NCBI GenBank assembly: GCA_045533185.1 | Contig: JAZSHK010000073.1 | Coordinates: 1,287 to 65,286 of the forward strand | DNA length: 64,000 bases | Reading direction: 5' to 3' | Source: Acutalibacteraceae bacterium | GTDB taxonomy: Bacteria > Bacillota > Clostridia > Oscillospirales > Acutalibacteraceae | Part shown: positions 63,541 through 64,000 of the stretch, in pieces | How the letters are laid out: every line of letters starts with the position of its first letter | Numbering within the stretch: the stretch's first letter is position 1 | Translations under genes and position numbers: made by a program | Notes under the pieces: model-generated | Databases searched by the model: none | What the model was told of the DNA's origin: nothing | The model's input: only the letters and a program-made list of their open reading frames with translations

Positions 63541-64000
63541 TTATTTGAACTGTACAAAACCCATCTTCTTCTGTGCTTTGGCAAGCGTGCGGCCCGCAAC
63601 ATAGGACGCGTGCTCCGCGCCCGTGCGCATCAGCTGTTCGAGCTGTGCTTTATCCCCCATCAGCGTCTGCAAACGCTCCTGAATGGGCATCAGCTCGCCC
63701 GCGACAGCCTCGCCGACAGCGGACTTGAAGTCACCGTAGCCCTTGCCCTCGAACTCCTGCTCGATCTCGTCCATCGTCTTGCCGACGATCGCGCCGTAGA
63801 TCTCCATCAGGTTGTTGATGCCGTCCTTACCCTCGCCGTAATACACGCGCGCATCGCTGTCGGTGACGGCACGGCGGAACTTGCGGATGATGGTGTCCTT
63901 GTCATCCTTGAGCGAAATAAACGCGTTGACGTTCTCGTCGGATTTGGACATCTTCTTGGTCGGGTCTTGCAACGAGCGCACCCGCGCACCCGTCTTCATA
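63541..64000 (-). CDS. trpS: Tryptophan--tRNA ligase, C-terminal part (5' end outside window)
   Basis: The KMSKS motif is present (PTKKMSKSDEN). The C-terminal anticodon-binding helices match TrpS. The frame stays open to the window edge. Confidence 0.85.
   Translation of the reverse strand, partial: MKTGARVRSLQDPTKKMSKSDENVNAFISLKDDKDTIIRKFRRAVTDSDARVYYGEGKDGINNLMEIYGAIVGKTMDEIEQEFEGKGYGDFKSAVGEAVAGELMPIQERLQTLMGDKAQLEQLMRTGAEHASYVAGRTLAKAQKKMGFVQFK

Overview
The window comes from a GC-rich, spore-forming Firmicute with a Clostridia-like gene set: bofA, cotJABC, cwlD, a SpoVD/FtsI-type PBP, a T-box-controlled pheST, and thyX. Most of it is ordinary, densely packed housekeeping DNA. This includes a type IIA topoisomerase pair, secG, a 2-oxoacid:ferredoxin oxidoreductase, class I fumarase, cca, pncB, galU, murD, M42 peptidases, mltG, radA, mutY, tsaBE, rodA and a trpS fragment. 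The exception is a visibly AT-rich island of about 11.9 kb (about 5591-17448) directly downstream of tRNA-Asp and tRNA-Thr. The island has no intact mobility gene. It does carry an IS3-type transposase remnant, a TnpV remnant and an N-terminally short sigma-70-like gene. Its cargo is: (i) an operon for a small secreted beta-rich protein, a lipoprotein and a YknXYZ/MacAB-like adaptor-ABC-FtsX transporter; (ii) an XRE / membrane protein / zinc-ribbon module; (iii) the most unusual feature, a head-to-tail array of six different small ORFs (13.0-17.45 kb). Each ORF in the array is bracketed by the same sequences. Upstream is a complete promoter plus leader (TTGnnn-17-TGCTATAAT-ACACCCAAGGCGGTGA-7/8 nt-start). 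Directly after the stop codon is a roughly 45-nt block (AAAATCCTCGGTTTTCGCCCAGTTCTTTTTCGGACACGAATGACAAAA). Between these conserved ends each spacer has a core that is different in sequence but alike in architecture. The core has a terminator hairpin, then several direct copies of a site-specific 6-9-mer, a centre, then the same word inverted, studded with GC-rich 3-4-nt-loop mini-hairpins. This organisation (conserved ends, variable core with a conserved fold, ORF-tight boundaries, a truncated last copy at the island edge) resembles integron attC cassette arrays. However, it lacks the attC consensus and has no integrase nearby. I do not recognise it as a described element, and it is my top candidate for something new. 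I could not run any similarity search, folding or GC calculation, so all family assignments come from motif recognition by eye.
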